57,708 nt of DNA, from positions 1-57,708 of the forward strand of contig DASYFA010000152.1 in the NCBI GenBank assembly GCA_036498705.1. Direction: 5' to 3'. The DNA comes from Paenibacillus sp. (GTDB lineage Bacteria > Bacillota > Bacilli > Paenibacillales > Paenibacillaceae). Positions within the stretch are counted from its first letter, which is position 1. Every line of letters begins with the position of its first letter. The notes under the pieces were generated by a model. That model was not told the origin of the DNA, did not search any database, and saw only the letters and a list, made by a program, of their open reading frames with translations. Positions 39,151 to 49,238 of the stretch are shown here, piece by piece. Both the position numbers and the translations under genes were made by a program.

Positions 39151-39981
39151 ATGTGCAATTTATATACTTTTGGCAATAAAGATGGAATTGAATTGACAGC
39201 ACGAGTGTACTCTTTAGTCTCTGACAAGCCTGCGATATTGTATTTTCATGGAGGTGGGCTGCTCTGTGGAGAAAAAGACGATTTACCTAAGGCCTATATT
39301 CAGAAATTCCTAGATGCAGGCCATCCATTTATCACTTTTGATTATCGACTTGCCCCCGAAGTAGATCTACCAGATCTGTACACGGATGTTCAGGATGCAG
39401 TGAATTGGTTTCAAGCCAATTACGAACAAATCGGGCTTACCCATCATAAATTTATTTATTTCGGACGCTCTGCAGGAGCATACTTAACCTTCCTCGCTGC
39501 GAAAGATGACAGTCTGCCTAAACCGGAAAAAATGATATCTTTCTACGGTTATCCAAGGCTCGATATTGAAGCTTTCAAGTCCAGAGTATATCAGCATGTT
39601 ACGCTTATACCTAAAGCTCTTGTTGACGGAATAATAGGAGACAAACCAGTTGTATACGGCCCTGTCCATAAACGATATGCATTATATTTGCACGCACGCC
39701 AAACCGGAACCTGGATCGCCAGTTTATTTCATGACCCTACGACGAATTTGAATGACTACCAATTATCAGATGAGGATCTATACAAGCTTCCTCCTACTTT
39801 TATCGCACAATCTAGAACCGACTCAGATGTACCTTTTTATGTGAGCGGGACACTCCATAACCAGATTCCAAATAGCGAATTATTCGTCGTTGATCAAGCA
39901 GAACATGATTTTGACCGTGCCCCCTCTAATCCACTCGCGATTGAAGCTTATGATAAAGCAATCGCATTTTGCTTGAACTAA
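39151..39981 (+). CDS. Alpha/beta hydrolase (HSL-like esterase)
   Basis: HGGG, DYRLAPE, GRSAG nucleophile, D-x-DVP, H-x-FD. Confidence 0.9.
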   Translation: MCNLYTFGNKDGIELTARVYSLVSDKPAILYFHGGGLLCGEKDDLPKAYIQKFLDAGHPFITFDYRLAPEVDLPDLYTDVQDAVNWFQANYEQIGLTHHKFIYFGRSAGAYLTFLAAKDDSLPKPEKMISFYGYPRLDIEAFKSRVYQHVTLIPKALVDGIIGDKPVVYGPVHKRYALYLHARQTGTWIASLFHDPTTNLNDYQLSDEDLYKLPPTFIAQSRTDSDVPFYVSGTLHNQIPNSELFVVDQAEHDFDRAPSNPLAIEAYDKAIAFCLN

Positions 39982-39989
39982 CAATTAAT

Positions 39990-40028
39990 AACCAGTGGCC
40001 ATCGTATATCTTTGGCTCACTGGTTTTT
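39990..40028 (+). terminator. Intrinsic terminator
   Basis: aaccagtggcca/tggctcactggttttt. Confidence 0.65.
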
Positions 40029-40135
40029 CTTTTCTATCTATATAGATTACTACTGGCTAAAACTCGGAAAATATTGACAGATAATACAGCCTGATGGTAC
40101 GTTTTATAATAATTTCATTTATTATAAGGTGGCCT

Positions 40136-40711
40136 ATGAAAAAAAAATTACAAATTTTTATATCGTCTACTTATCCCGATTTAATCGAGGAAAGACATAC
40201 CGCTGTGGAAGCTATATTGAAAGCAGGTCACATCCCTGCTGGAATTGAGCAATTCTTCAAGCGCCCTCAAACAGAAATTATTAAGAAGTGGATTGATGAA
40301 TCCGATATATTCCTCCTGATTCTTGGGGGGCTCTATGGCAACATGCTTCCGGACGGATTAAAAAGCCACACTCATTGGGCATTTGATTATGCCGGAGAAG
40401 TTGGGAAACCTAGATTCGCTTTTGTTCTCACAGATGAAGCCTTATGGCAGAAGCCTTACGACTTTGTAGTGCTGGACGACTATCCGCAATATCAGGAGTT
40501 CAAACAATACGTGATAGACACAGTACCGATATATCATGTTGAAGATATGCGCCACATTAAGATGGTTATCCGTGATATATTGCCGGAGTATGCGAGGAGA
40601 GATGACTTGTCTGGCTGGGTCTCTGGCAAGGATGTTCCGGACGTACAGAAGTTGTTGGAAGAGAATGCTAGATTAAAGGCTGAGTTAGAGGACATTAAAA
40701 ACGCTAGGTAA
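40136..40711 (+). CDS. DUF4062 (TIR/NDT-like) domain protein with C-terminal coiled coil
   Basis: QIFISSTY-x-DL-x-EER, GHIPAG-x-E, IDESD-x-F-x-LILGG-x-YG; tail LLEENARLKAELE. Confidence 0.8.
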   Translation: MKKKLQIFISSTYPDLIEERHTAVEAILKAGHIPAGIEQFFKRPQTEIIKKWIDESDIFLLILGGLYGNMLPDGLKSHTHWAFDYAGEVGKPRFAFVLTDEALWQKPYDFVVLDDYPQYQEFKQYVIDTVPIYHVEDMRHIKMVIRDILPEYARRDDLSGWVSGKDVPDVQKLLEENARLKAELEDIKNAR

Positions 40712-40759
40712 GCGATCTATCACAGCGCTGAATCAAGGGAATTTCGCAAGTTACTGCAA

Positions 40760-40942
40760 TAACGGTTGCCACAGTGGCTATTTAGCTCATAATCCTCCAT
40801 TTTGATTTTTAACGGTTGTCATGGAGCTTATTGATCAATTTTGGTGCAAATATACCTGCTTTTTATGAAAATAAGCGCTATGACAACCGTTAGGCTGCGA
40901 AATGCGGCATATTACGATGAATAAAGGCTATGGCAACCGTTA
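40760..40942. repeat. Nested inverted-repeat intergenic element (4 x 23-bp units)
   Basis: taacggttgccacagtggctatt (40760), taacggttgtcatggagcttatt (40810), inverse units aataagcgctatgacaaccgtta (40870) and aataaaggctatggcaaccgtta (40920). Confidence 0.85.
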
Positions 40943-40976
40943 GAGGCACGTCTGGGTATCCCGACAAAGTTTCAAC

Positions 40977-42179
40977 TCATAGAACCCGCTTCTTTTCGGT
41001 GGCAAAATAAAGTATGGCCGCGATCGGGAAAGACATTCCGATCCATAACGTCGCACCCCATCCTCCCGTGGCGTATATCCATCCCCCAATTGCGGATCCG
41101 ATGGCACCGCCAAGAAAGAAAATTGCCATAAATAGTCCATTCAGACGACTGCGGATTTCCGGACCTAACGTGAAGAGCGCGCGTTGTCCAAGCACAAGAT
41201 TTACGGATACACCGGCGTCCAATAATATGGCTGAGATGACGAGAATAGCTATTCCGAGGGATGAACCAGTATGGATTATAAGCGGCAACAACATAGATAT
41301 GACGACCGTGGTGAGTGCAATCCCCGTTGCGGGTTTCGTCCAGCCGCGGTCGGCCAACCGACCAGCAACAGGCGCGGCTGCTGCACCCGCTACTCCAACA
41401 AGCGCGAACAACGCAATGTTTTTCTGGGAAAAATGAAAGACAGGACTGGATAACAATAACGGTACTGTTGTCCAGAACAAGCTAAAAGTCGCAAACAAAC
41501 ATGCATGATATGCAGCCCTACGGCGTAAAATCGGGGTTGTTCGCAGCAAGTGCCACATCGAACCGAGTAAAGCCGTATAATGTGTGTCTGTCGAAGGCTT
41601 TCTCTCCGGTAACACCTTTAACAGTACGATAGCCAAAATAATAACAGCAGTGGCAGACAAAGCGAATACAGCATGCCAGCCCAAGAAGTCGGCTATGAGG
41701 CTCGACAAAGGACGCGAGAGCATGATCCCAAGCAACAAACCGCTCATGACATTGCCGACAACACGACCGCGTGATGATTCAGATGCAAGGTATGACGCAA
41801 AAGGTACGAGTACTTGCGCGGCGACTGACCCTAAACCGATTACAAACGAGGCGGCTAAGAACAGCATAGCTTGTTTTGACACTGCCGTGATTGCAAGGGC
41901 AACCGATGTGAGAAGCAAAGATACGACAACCAACCTCCGATTTTCAACTATATCCCCCATAGGTACGATAAATAGCAGGCCAACCACGTAACCAATCTGC
42001 GTTAACGTCACGATAAAGCCGGAACTGTTTTCAGACAACCCGATTGAAGAACTGATTACCCCAATCAAGGGCTGCGCATAGTAAAGATTGGCGACAATGA
42101 TGCCACATGCAGTAGCCAGAAGTATGGTTAACCATGTCGGGATATTCTTCTCGATTATTTGTTTTTTTAAAGCAGTCAT
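40977..42179 (-). CDS. MFS transporter (YnfM/NepI-like)
   Basis: [13 protein letters not shown]-x-x-[27 protein letters not shown]; ATG after gaggag. Confidence 0.9.
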   Translation of the reverse strand: MTALKKQIIEKNIPTWLTILLATACGIIVANLYYAQPLIGVISSSIGLSENSSGFIVTLTQIGYVVGLLFIVPMGDIVENRRLVVVSLLLTSVALAITAVSKQAMLFLAASFVIGLGSVAAQVLVPFASYLASESSRGRVVGNVMSGLLLGIMLSRPLSSLIADFLGWHAVFALSATAVIILAIVLLKVLPERKPSTDTHYTALLGSMWHLLRTTPILRRRAAYHACLFATFSLFWTTVPLLLSSPVFHFSQKNIALFALVGVAGAAAAPVAGRLADRGWTKPATGIALTTVVISMLLPLIIHTGSSLGIAILVISAILLDAGVSVNLVLGQRALFTLGPEIRSRLNGLFMAIFFLGGAIGSAIGGWIYATGGWGATLWIGMSFPIAAILYFATEKKRVL

Positions 42180-42297
42180 TTTAGACAACTCCTCATATAG
42201 AAAGATAATTCCATACAAATCAGCAACCTCATTACCACACGGCAAATACAATTCTATGCGGCTTTTTCCTCAAGTTAGCTCCTCCTTTCCCTATTTA

Positions 42298-42418
42298 TAT
42301 ACTAAACGTACAGTTTATAAAATTCATAGCTAAATAATATACTGTACGTTTAGTTTTGTAAATAGGCGATTTCGATTTTATTTTTCATTCGTAATTGGTA
42401 TACTGAACGTATAGTTTA
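42298..42418. promoter_or_regulatory. Three TetR-type operators ACT-N2-ACGT-N2-AGT
   Basis: tatactaaacgtacagttta (42298), aatactgtacgtttagtttt (42338, reverse complement core), tatactgaacgtatagttta (42399). Confidence 0.7.
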
Positions 42419-42458
42419 TTTTTGTCGGTAAATGTATTGACGAAAGGGGAAAATTACG

Positions 42459-43034
42459 ATGAATGGCAAAAGAGGCAGGCCGCGTAATGTAGAAGCCCAG
42501 AAATCTATTCTTTCCGCATCTTATGAGCTATTGTTGGAAAGTGGATTTCAAGCCGTCACAGTTGATAAAATTGCCGATCGTGCCCAAGTTAGCAAGGCTA
42601 CGATTTATAAATGGTGGCCAAACAAGGCTGCCGTGGTAATGGATGGTTTTCTGTATGCTGCCACGGCCAGATTGCCTGTGCCTGATACAGGCTCGGCATT
42701 TAATGATATTCTAATTCACGCCACGAATTTAGCCCGGTTTTTGACAAGTCGGGAAGGGACCGTCATCACGGAGTTATTAGGTGAAGGACAATTTGATTCA
42801 GGATTGGCGGAGGCCTATCGAACTCGGTTTTTCCGTCCACGCCGACTTGAGGCAAAAGGTCTTTTGGAGAAAGGAATTGAACTCGGGGAACTGAAAAACA
42901 GCCTCGACATTGACATATGCATTGATCTCATTTATGGACCTATCTTCTATCGTTTGCTTGTGACAGGCGAAACGCTGGATGAACCCTATGTGCAACATTT
43001 AGTAACAAACGCTTTTGAAGGAATCCGTTCATAA
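42459..43034 (+). CDS. TetR/AcrR-family regulator
   Basis: RGRPR, TVDKIADRAQVSKATIYKWWPNK. Confidence 0.93.
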   Translation: MNGKRGRPRNVEAQKSILSASYELLLESGFQAVTVDKIADRAQVSKATIYKWWPNKAAVVMDGFLYAATARLPVPDTGSAFNDILIHATNLARFLTSREGTVITELLGEGQFDSGLAEAYRTRFFRPRRLEAKGLLEKGIELGELKNSLDIDICIDLIYGPIFYRLLVTGETLDEPYVQHLVTNAFEGIRS

Positions 43035-43035
43035 A

Positions 43036-43080
43036 AATAAACATCGTATTCCTCTTTAGTTGAAGAATGCGATGTTTATT
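43036..43080. terminator. Bidirectional terminator
   Basis: aataaacatcgtattc/gaatgcgatgtttatt. Confidence 0.7.
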
Positions 43081-43112
43081 GATTTCGTCAAATGAATGTT
43101 AGCCAAAGCCAA

Positions 43113-44504
43113 TCATTTATTCGTATGTTCATCATCTGTTTGAGCACTTATTGGAACTGCCTTGCTAACCCCAAAAGCGAAATAACTAATCACAACGATA
43201 CCTAAGAAAACAATGCCGAAAATCAAGGATATGCGTGTATCATCATTCATCCACATCCCGACCAATACCATAAGCAAAAAGGCAATGGTCACATAGTTTG
43301 TCACTGGGGTGAGAGGCATTTTGAATGGATGATTATCCAATGTAGCCCCTTTGACTCTTCTGAATCTCATATAACTAATGAGAATAACAAACCACGGTAC
43401 CATACCGGGAAGCACACTGGCGCTGTATACATGCACGAACAGATTTTCTGGTGCAATATAACTTAAAATCACGCCGATGCCTAGTCCGATGAGTACGCCA
43501 ATCGTGCCCAGCAAAGGCACGCCGCTATGGGTTAGTTTCGTAAATACTTTCGGTGCTTGTCCGTTGACTCCTAATGTATAAAGCATACGTCCTGCGCTAT
43601 AAATCCCGCTATTACAACCTGACATTGCAGAGGTGATGACGACAAAGTTGATGAGCCCCGCCGCTGCAGTAATACCGACCTTAGCAAATGTGGCAACGAA
43701 CGGACTGCCGATAGTTTGCAATTGATTCCAAGGGTAGACCGTTACAATTACAAAAATCGCGCCAATATAGAAAATCAAAATCCGCCAAATAATACTTTGC
43801 GTCGCCCTCATTAACGTTTTCTGTGGGTTTTTTGCCTCACCTGCTGTTATCCCGATCAGTTCGACACCTTGGTAGGCCGCAGCCACCAGCGAGAGTGCAA
43901 AGAAAAAGCCCGACCATCCACCGGTAAAAAAGCCCCCATGCTCCCACAAGTTGGAAAATCCGATCGCATTCCCGCCGCTACCTATCCCAAAGAAAATCAG
44001 ACCAAACCCTGCAACAATCATCAATACGATGGTTACGATTTTAATCATCGCAAACCAAAACTCAAATTCACCAAATGATTTCACAGAGAATAGGTTGGCT
44101 GCACCGAGAATCACCATTGCAATGATCCCTGGTATCCAAGCAGGCAAATCCGGAAACCAATACTTCATATATGTCCCAACGGCAATGATCTCCGCCATCC
44201 CAACAATAACCCATTGGAACCAGTTGCTCCAAGCTGTTATATACCCTGCCAATGGATGTATGTACTTATGGCCAAAGGTCGCAAATGACCCCGTGCTCGG
44301 TTCTACGTATAGCATTTCCCCCATTGCACGCATGATGAAAAATATAAAAACCCCAACAATTGCATACGCAAGCATCACCGATGGGCCTGTCCATTTGATC
44401 GTGCTTGCAGAGCCCATAAATAATCCGACACCGATTGTGCCACCCAAAGCAATCATCTGAATATGACGTGCTTCGAGACCCCTCTTTAATTCTTTGTTTT
44501 CCAT
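43113..44504 (-). CDS. APC-family amino acid permease
   Basis: [48 protein letters not shown]. Confidence 0.95.
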   Translation of the reverse strand: MENKELKRGLEARHIQMIALGGTIGVGLFMGSASTIKWTGPSVMLAYAIVGVFIFFIMRAMGEMLYVEPSTGSFATFGHKYIHPLAGYITAWSNWFQWVIVGMAEIIAVGTYMKYWFPDLPAWIPGIIAMVILGAANLFSVKSFGEFEFWFAMIKIVTIVLMIVAGFGLIFFGIGSGGNAIGFSNLWEHGGFFTGGWSGFFFALSLVAAAYQGVELIGITAGEAKNPQKTLMRATQSIIWRILIFYIGAIFVIVTVYPWNQLQTIGSPFVATFAKVGITAAAGLINFVVITSAMSGCNSGIYSAGRMLYTLGVNGQAPKVFTKLTHSGVPLLGTIGVLIGLGIGVILSYIAPENLFVHVYSASVLPGMVPWFVILISYMRFRRVKGATLDNHPFKMPLTPVTNYVTIAFLLMVLVGMWMNDDTRISLIFGIVFLGIVVISYFAFGVSKAVPISAQTDDEHTNK

Positions 44505-44674
44505 TGCAGTTTCCCCTTCTGCTAGATCTTAGTTGTTATTGAGAATAAGCTATAAAATACGATAATATTTTTCCCTTATAAAAACAATTATATTCATTAC
44601 TTCGAAGCAGATTAAGCTTCTATTCCGACACTGGGAATAGAAGCTTATATTTTTTTCACACTGCGGCAAGCTTA

Positions 44675-45559
44675 TCAGTCCCGCCCCGCCTCGTAAAGCT
44701 TCTGCGCCACCATGGCCGGCCTTGTGCGCGAATCCGTCATGTGGTCCCCATCGCCAACGATTAGTCGGAACTGACCGAGCTGCATGGACATATGTGGATG
44801 CCAACCAAACCCTTCTCCCTGTGGCAATACGTTGTCCTGATAGAAATAGACATAACTTCTGGGTGTAAGCAATGCATAGAACACTTTAAGATCCAATTTC
44901 TCAAAAAGCGGTTTAGCAGGCTCAGGAGCAACACCAGCATAGATCTGCTTAGCCACGTCCAAGGTAGCCGTATTGACGAACAAATCCCGGAACAACGGAA
45001 ACGGAAGCATGATCGTGTCGTCTTTCGAACTAGCTCTAAACTGCTCGAATCCTTGCCTTGTTGGAGGCGGTAACTCATCGGCAAGCGATTCGCCGTCTTT
45101 CAGTACGAATGCATCCCAAAAGACGAGACGCTTAATGCGGTCTGGTACCTGTTCGGCTACCTTCTGAATGACTGTTCCGCCAAAACTGTGCCCAACAAGA
45201 ATGATATCGCGCAGATTTAGCTCCGTTATAAAGTCGACTACGGACTTCGTGATCATCGCATGCGTGACATTTTTATTAAGATCATCTCCGTGACCAGCAT
45301 ATTCCGGCGTATAGACGACATGCCCATTTCTGCGTAGCACCGTCGCTATGCCGTCCCAGAAGTGAGCGTCAGCCCAGGAGCCATGTACAAGCACGAAGGT
45401 AAGCCTCTGCTCTACATGCACTTGATAATTATTGTTCGATTCCAGGGCTTCTTCTCGCAAGAACCACCCACCGTCAAAATTAAGGGGGAAATACCTGTAA
45501 GGCATATACCGATAATCAAAATAGGGAAATTGATTAAATTTGGGGCTATAAGGATACAT
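44675..45559 (-). CDS. Alpha/beta hydrolase (esterase, Abhydrolase_6-like) with Tyr/Pro-rich N-terminus
   Basis: VLVHGSW, GHSFGG, GDH; ATG 45559 after gagagga. Confidence 0.85.
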   Translation of the reverse strand: MYPYSPKFNQFPYFDYRYMPYRYFPLNFDGGWFLREEALESNNNYQVHVEQRLTFVLVHGSWADAHFWDGIATVLRRNGHVVYTPEYAGHGDDLNKNVTHAMITKSVVDFITELNLRDIILVGHSFGGTVIQKVAEQVPDRIKRLVFWDAFVLKDGESLADELPPPTRQGFEQFRASSKDDTIMLPFPLFRDLFVNTATLDVAKQIYAGVAPEPAKPLFEKLDLKVFYALLTPRSYVYFYQDNVLPQGEGFGWHPHMSMQLGQFRLIVGDGDHMTDSRTRPAMVAQKLYEAGRD

Positions 45560-45769
45560 GCACAAACATCCTCTCAAATCAGCATATATCAGCTTATGCC
45601 TAGTGCGTTTGAGGGGTTCCCACCATGTACAAGAAGCGATATCTCTATAATAGAGCTATTCTTCGAGACTAGGTCCTATCATTCAAAGTCGTTGGTTATC
45701 CCTTAGTTTTTGGAGTTTCGCTATCCAATTCCCGAAAGCATAAGTACACTTGCAATAATCCTTCCTACG

Positions 45770-45835
45770 GATGCGTTATGGTGGGCGATCGTCACAATGA
45801 CTACAGTGGCTTATGGGGACATCTCACCGGTGACG
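45770..45835 (+). pseudogene. Potassium-channel pore remnant
   Basis: [22 protein letters not shown] matches the KcsA/Ion_trans_2 pore helix and filter (TVGYGD changed to TVAYGD); no intact ORF around it. Confidence 0.75.
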
Positions 45836-45866
45836 GTTCCCCATAAGTATTGTAACGGCAAGTATT

Positions 45867-45891
45867 AGGGCCATCCTCGACGGATGGCCCT
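45867..45891. terminator. Hairpin downstream of PAS-MCP
   Basis: agggccatcc/ggatggccct. Confidence 0.55.
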
Positions 45892-45935
45892 TCCTTTGGT
45901 TTAGAGAATTATTAACAATAATTTTCATGCCAAAT

Positions 45936-46898
45936 TTATATATTCTCAGCAACGTTTCGTGCCTGCTCATCTAATTTCTGGGCAAAGGCAACGATACTGT
46001 TAAAGTCATCCATAGTCACACGTATCTGTTTCTGACCCTCTACGATAGAAGACTCAGCGCGCCTGATACCATCTGAAATCTCGGATATCTCCTTCGTAAT
46101 GCCACTAATCGTGCTCTGAACTTTAATGATGGATTCAGACACTTCACCTGACAGTTTGCGTACCTCCTTAGCTACTACATCAAATCCTCTGCCATACGGA
46201 CCTGCATGAGCTGCCTCGATAGCTGCATTTAATGAAAGCAGGTTGGTCTGAGATGCAATATTACGGATAGTTAGTACAATACCCTCAATCAACTTGGCCT
46301 GCCCCTGCAGCTCCTTAAGGGTAAGGGTGTTATTCTCCGAAATCTCAGCAATCCGGTCTACACCCAATAACAGCTCCCGACTCCGGTTAATCCCCACTTC
46401 CGCACGCTGGTTCAGGCCTTGGGAGGTAGTTTCCAATTCCTTAACTACTGTAGCTAGGCTGAACTGGCGTTCAGTAATATCTGTTGCGATTTTTAAGATG
46501 CCAATGATCTCAGACTCCTGCTCATTATATATTGGCATATAGGTAGCCTCCAGCCACACCATTTCACCACGTGCATTTTTCCGTTCAATTTTATCCTGAA
46601 AGCTCTGTCCAGATAGTAGATCACTCCAAAACTGCTTATAGGCCGGCGAGTTTGTGAAGGAATCAAAACAAAAATCTCTATGTTCCATTCGCAATATATC
46701 CTCAATGGAATATCCCATCGCATTAGCGAATACCTCATTTACATAGGTCACTTTTCGATCGAGGTCAAAACGGATCATGGCAAGATTCCGCTCCATCGCT
46801 CTGACGACCAAATCGCTCGTTATCGACTGTTTATTCGTAAATATATTTTTTGTTACCTCCACTGTTAGGCCTACCTCCACTGTTAAATAGAGCAACAT
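45936..46898 (-). CDS. Soluble PAS-domain methyl-accepting chemotaxis protein (BdlA-like)
   Basis: PAS ([29 protein letters not shown]) and MCP signature [20 protein letters not shown]; true start may be GTG 46862. Confidence 0.9.
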   Translation of the reverse strand: MLLYLTVEVGLTVEVTKNIFTNKQSITSDLVVRAMERNLAMIRFDLDRKVTYVNEVFANAMGYSIEDILRMEHRDFCFDSFTNSPAYKQFWSDLLSGQSFQDKIERKNARGEMVWLEATYMPIYNEQESEIIGILKIATDITERQFSLATVVKELETTSQGLNQRAEVGINRSRELLLGVDRIAEISENNTLTLKELQGQAKLIEGIVLTIRNIASQTNLLSLNAAIEAAHAGPYGRGFDVVAKEVRKLSGEVSESIIKVQSTISGITKEISEISDGIRRAESSIVEGQKQIRVTMDDFNSIVAFAQKLDEQARNVAENI

Positions 46899-47011
46899 TC
46901 ATAGATCAAAACTCCTAATATACCAGTTTATCAATAGTATCTTTACAATATCTATACATAACGTTGGTCGTCACTTATGATATAGCTCACCATAACGTCG
47001 ATATTTCAAAT

Positions 47012-47049
47012 CAAAGGGCATCCCTTGTACTTGTTAGGGATGCCCTTTG
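47012..47049 (-). terminator. Terminator after GyrI operon
   Basis: caaagggcatccct/agggatgccctttg. Confidence 0.7.
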
Positions 47050-47065
47050 CAACAGTGCTGTTCTT

Positions 47066-47530
47066 TTAATATTGTCCTTTAATTACAAAGAACGAGCCCC
47101 GAATTGTTCCAGCAAGTTTAGATTTCTGCCTAGCAAACTTAAACTTCCCTTCTAGCTCCTGCGGTACCTCCATCCCCTCAGAGAGCTTAAAGCCAACGGC
47201 CCGCTTCTTAGGGTCATTCACTGTATACATGACATTAAGTCCTAGACCGTCTTCATAGAAGACGTAGGTAAACAGAATATTTTCCACTTGGAAACGCGAA
47301 GTTTCTAACGGTTTAGCTGCAAACTCAATATCACGTTCTTCTTTCAAAATTCGGTTCACATAGTCAAGGTTCTCCTGGCTTTCACTAGCAGGTACAACCG
47401 TAAATTCATGCTTGTATTTATTCATAAAATAACGGGCTTCATTCGCACGTAAACCGGCAAGCGCCTCTGCTACAGGAGAAGATTCTAAACCAACCGTAGA
47501 CACATTTTTAAAATCAACGATATACGACAT
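47066..47530 (-). CDS. Hypothetical protein (154 aa), probably co-transcribed with GyrI-like gene
   Basis: RBS ggaggg before ATG 47530; globular composition; no catalytic motif recognised. Confidence 0.8.
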   Translation of the reverse strand: MSYIVDFKNVSTVGLESSPVAEALAGLRANEARYFMNKYKHEFTVVPASESQENLDYVNRILKEERDIEFAAKPLETSRFQVENILFTYVFYEDGLGLNVMYTVNDPKKRAVGFKLSEGMEVPQELEGKFKFARQKSKLAGTIRGSFFVIKGQY

Positions 47531-47613
47531 TTCCATCCCTCCTAAAAGTTTTGCGAGCGTTACATCTTAGAACCTACTTCGAGCAAAAACTCGCATCGTA
47601 AGCATTCACTTAT

Positions 47614-48093
47614 TTATTTACTAACAACAGGAATCCACATCTCGCCAAACACTAAGCCGTCTCGCTGCCCCATCAGGGCCGTTGTATTTGGCCCACCAAC
47701 ATAAGCAAAGTTCTCTGCTCCTGGTAACACTTGACCAAAGGCAATGCCAGCAAGCATATTACTAAGCTCATTAGCCGTTTTCCCTTCGCCTTTTACAACC
47801 AGGTATTCCCCCTTTGGGAATTGAATAACCCTGGTCGCCTCTGGCAGTGATTCCTCTGTCATGACACCAGCATAGTGCATCATCTTATTGTTAACCGCTT
47901 CGTTCACGGCAAAAATGTACTCATTAGTGGCGATGGCTTTTAAAGTAGCAAGCCTTCCATCTTGTTCGACGGCTGACCAGAAGTCCGCTTTTTCCTTGTT
48001 GATGCCAACAAAGTCTGTATAATCACTCTTCAGCTCCGTTCCAATCCCTAGTACGGTAAAGCTTTCTTTTTCCTCTAACGTATATTGTGCCAT
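47614..48093 (-). CDS. GyrI-like small-molecule-binding protein
   Basis: EEKESFTVLGIG, YAGV, FPKGEYLV, EMWIPV pattern. Confidence 0.82.
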   Translation of the reverse strand: MAQYTLEEKESFTVLGIGTELKSDYTDFVGINKEKADFWSAVEQDGRLATLKAIATNEYIFAVNEAVNNKMMHYAGVMTEESLPEATRVIQFPKGEYLVVKGEGKTANELSNMLAGIAFGQVLPGAENFAYVGGPNTTALMGQRDGLVFGEMWIPVVSK

Positions 48094-48171
48094 ATTCAAA
48101 ACCATCCTCCTTTTTAAATGAACCAAATGATTTGTCTTTTCACTTGATGGGTTTATAATATCCTTAAATCA

Positions 48172-48186
48172 TGTCAAAAAGTGATA
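48172..48186. promoter_or_regulatory. Putative operator of the WYL regulator
   Basis: Imperfect palindrome TGTCA-N5-TGATA in the divergent spacer. Confidence 0.4.
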
Positions 48187-48202
48187 CTGTTTAGGGGGCC
48201 CT

Positions 48203-49168
48203 ATGAAAAAAGTTGAACGGATTAATATCATCATGCGGTATATTAACAATCGTGCCCACTTTACCATTTCTGAAATCATGCAGGAATTTAAAATCTCTCG
48301 TTCGACAGCGATTCGAGATATCAGAGAAATTGAAGCCCTAGGGATGCCGCTTGTCGCTGAAGTTGGGAGGGATGGAGGGTATTTTGTCATGAACAACTCT
48401 GTCCTGCCCACGGTACGCTTTACTGATAATGAGATTAAAGCCCTTTTTATCGCCTTTATGGCCACTAGAAATCAACAACTCCCTTATCTAAAGAGTCGCC
48501 AGTCTTTAACTGAAAAGTTACTCGGCCTCATCTCAGAAAACCAACAAGATGATCTTGTACTTTTAAATCAGATATTGCTGTTTGAAGGGACCAACCCCCA
48601 TAATCCCGATCTACTCGATCTGTCAGACCTGCCCCACCCTATGGTAGAGCGCCTCTTCCAAGTCCTTCTTTCAGATAGCTATTTATTGGTTACTATCCAA
48701 GAAGGGAAGGTAATAAACTCTTATCCCATCTATCTCCTGCACCTTTATCACGAAAAAAGCCAATGGCTCATCGAAGGCTTTGACTTAAAGGAAGAGAAGA
48801 GACGGATCCTCCCTATCGATAATCTCATCGATGTAGAACCATACCCTACGAAAAAAAGAGAAAGTAAGAAAAAGATTTTAGAAAAACTAAGGAAGCAGGA
48901 AGAAGCAATTAACCTGATCCTTGAGCTTGGTCCAAAGGCGATTGCTCAGTTCAAGAAATACCATCCTTTGAAAGCTTCCATTTCTTATACGAATCCTTAC
49001 CAAACCACAGCCGTTCTAAAGACTTTTATCAATGTTACTCATTCAGAAGAATTAACCGAAATAACAAATTGGCTACTCTTTCTAGGTGGGGATATCAAGG
49101 TTAGGGAGGTGCCTGAGGATATCTTAAAGGTTCTACAAGAGAGATTTAGAATATGGGAGTTGGAATGA
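48203..49168 (+). CDS. YafY-like HTH-WYL transcriptional regulator
   Basis: EFKISRSTAIRDIREIEALGMP...GRDGGY HTH_11; degenerate WYL segment QWLIEGFD...RRILPIDN. Confidence 0.82.
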   Translation: MKKVERINIIMRYINNRAHFTISEIMQEFKISRSTAIRDIREIEALGMPLVAEVGRDGGYFVMNNSVLPTVRFTDNEIKALFIAFMATRNQQLPYLKSRQSLTEKLLGLISENQQDDLVLLNQILLFEGTNPHNPDLLDLSDLPHPMVERLFQVLLSDSYLLVTIQEGKVINSYPIYLLHLYHEKSQWLIEGFDLKEEKRRILPIDNLIDVEPYPTKKRESKKKILEKLRKQEEAINLILELGPKAIAQFKKYHPLKASISYTNPYQTTAVLKTFINVTHSEELTEITNWLLFLGGDIKVREVPEDILKVLQERFRIWELE

Positions 49169-49238
49169 GCGCACCAGAAAGCTTCTATATATATGCGTAC
49201 AAAAAAAGAGGAAGCATACGCCCCCTCCTTCACTCGTT

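Noticed and set aside
40760-40942. Possible mini-CRISPR array
   Set aside because: Units switch orientation, are degenerate, number only two per direction, and no cas genes are present
44505-44670. T-box or riboswitch upstream of the amino acid permease
   Set aside because: No T-box motif (AAnnAGGGTGGnACCnCG) or terminator/antiterminator was visible
47066-47530. Phage tail protein or prophage remnant (a label I recall for similar sequences)
   Set aside because: No phage genes or structural motifs nearby; context is a regulator-controlled two-gene operon
47544-47612. Possible dispersed Paenibacillus intergenic repeat (tgcgag...ctcgca)
   Set aside because: Single copy in the window with only a weak stem; cannot be supported without a genome-wide search
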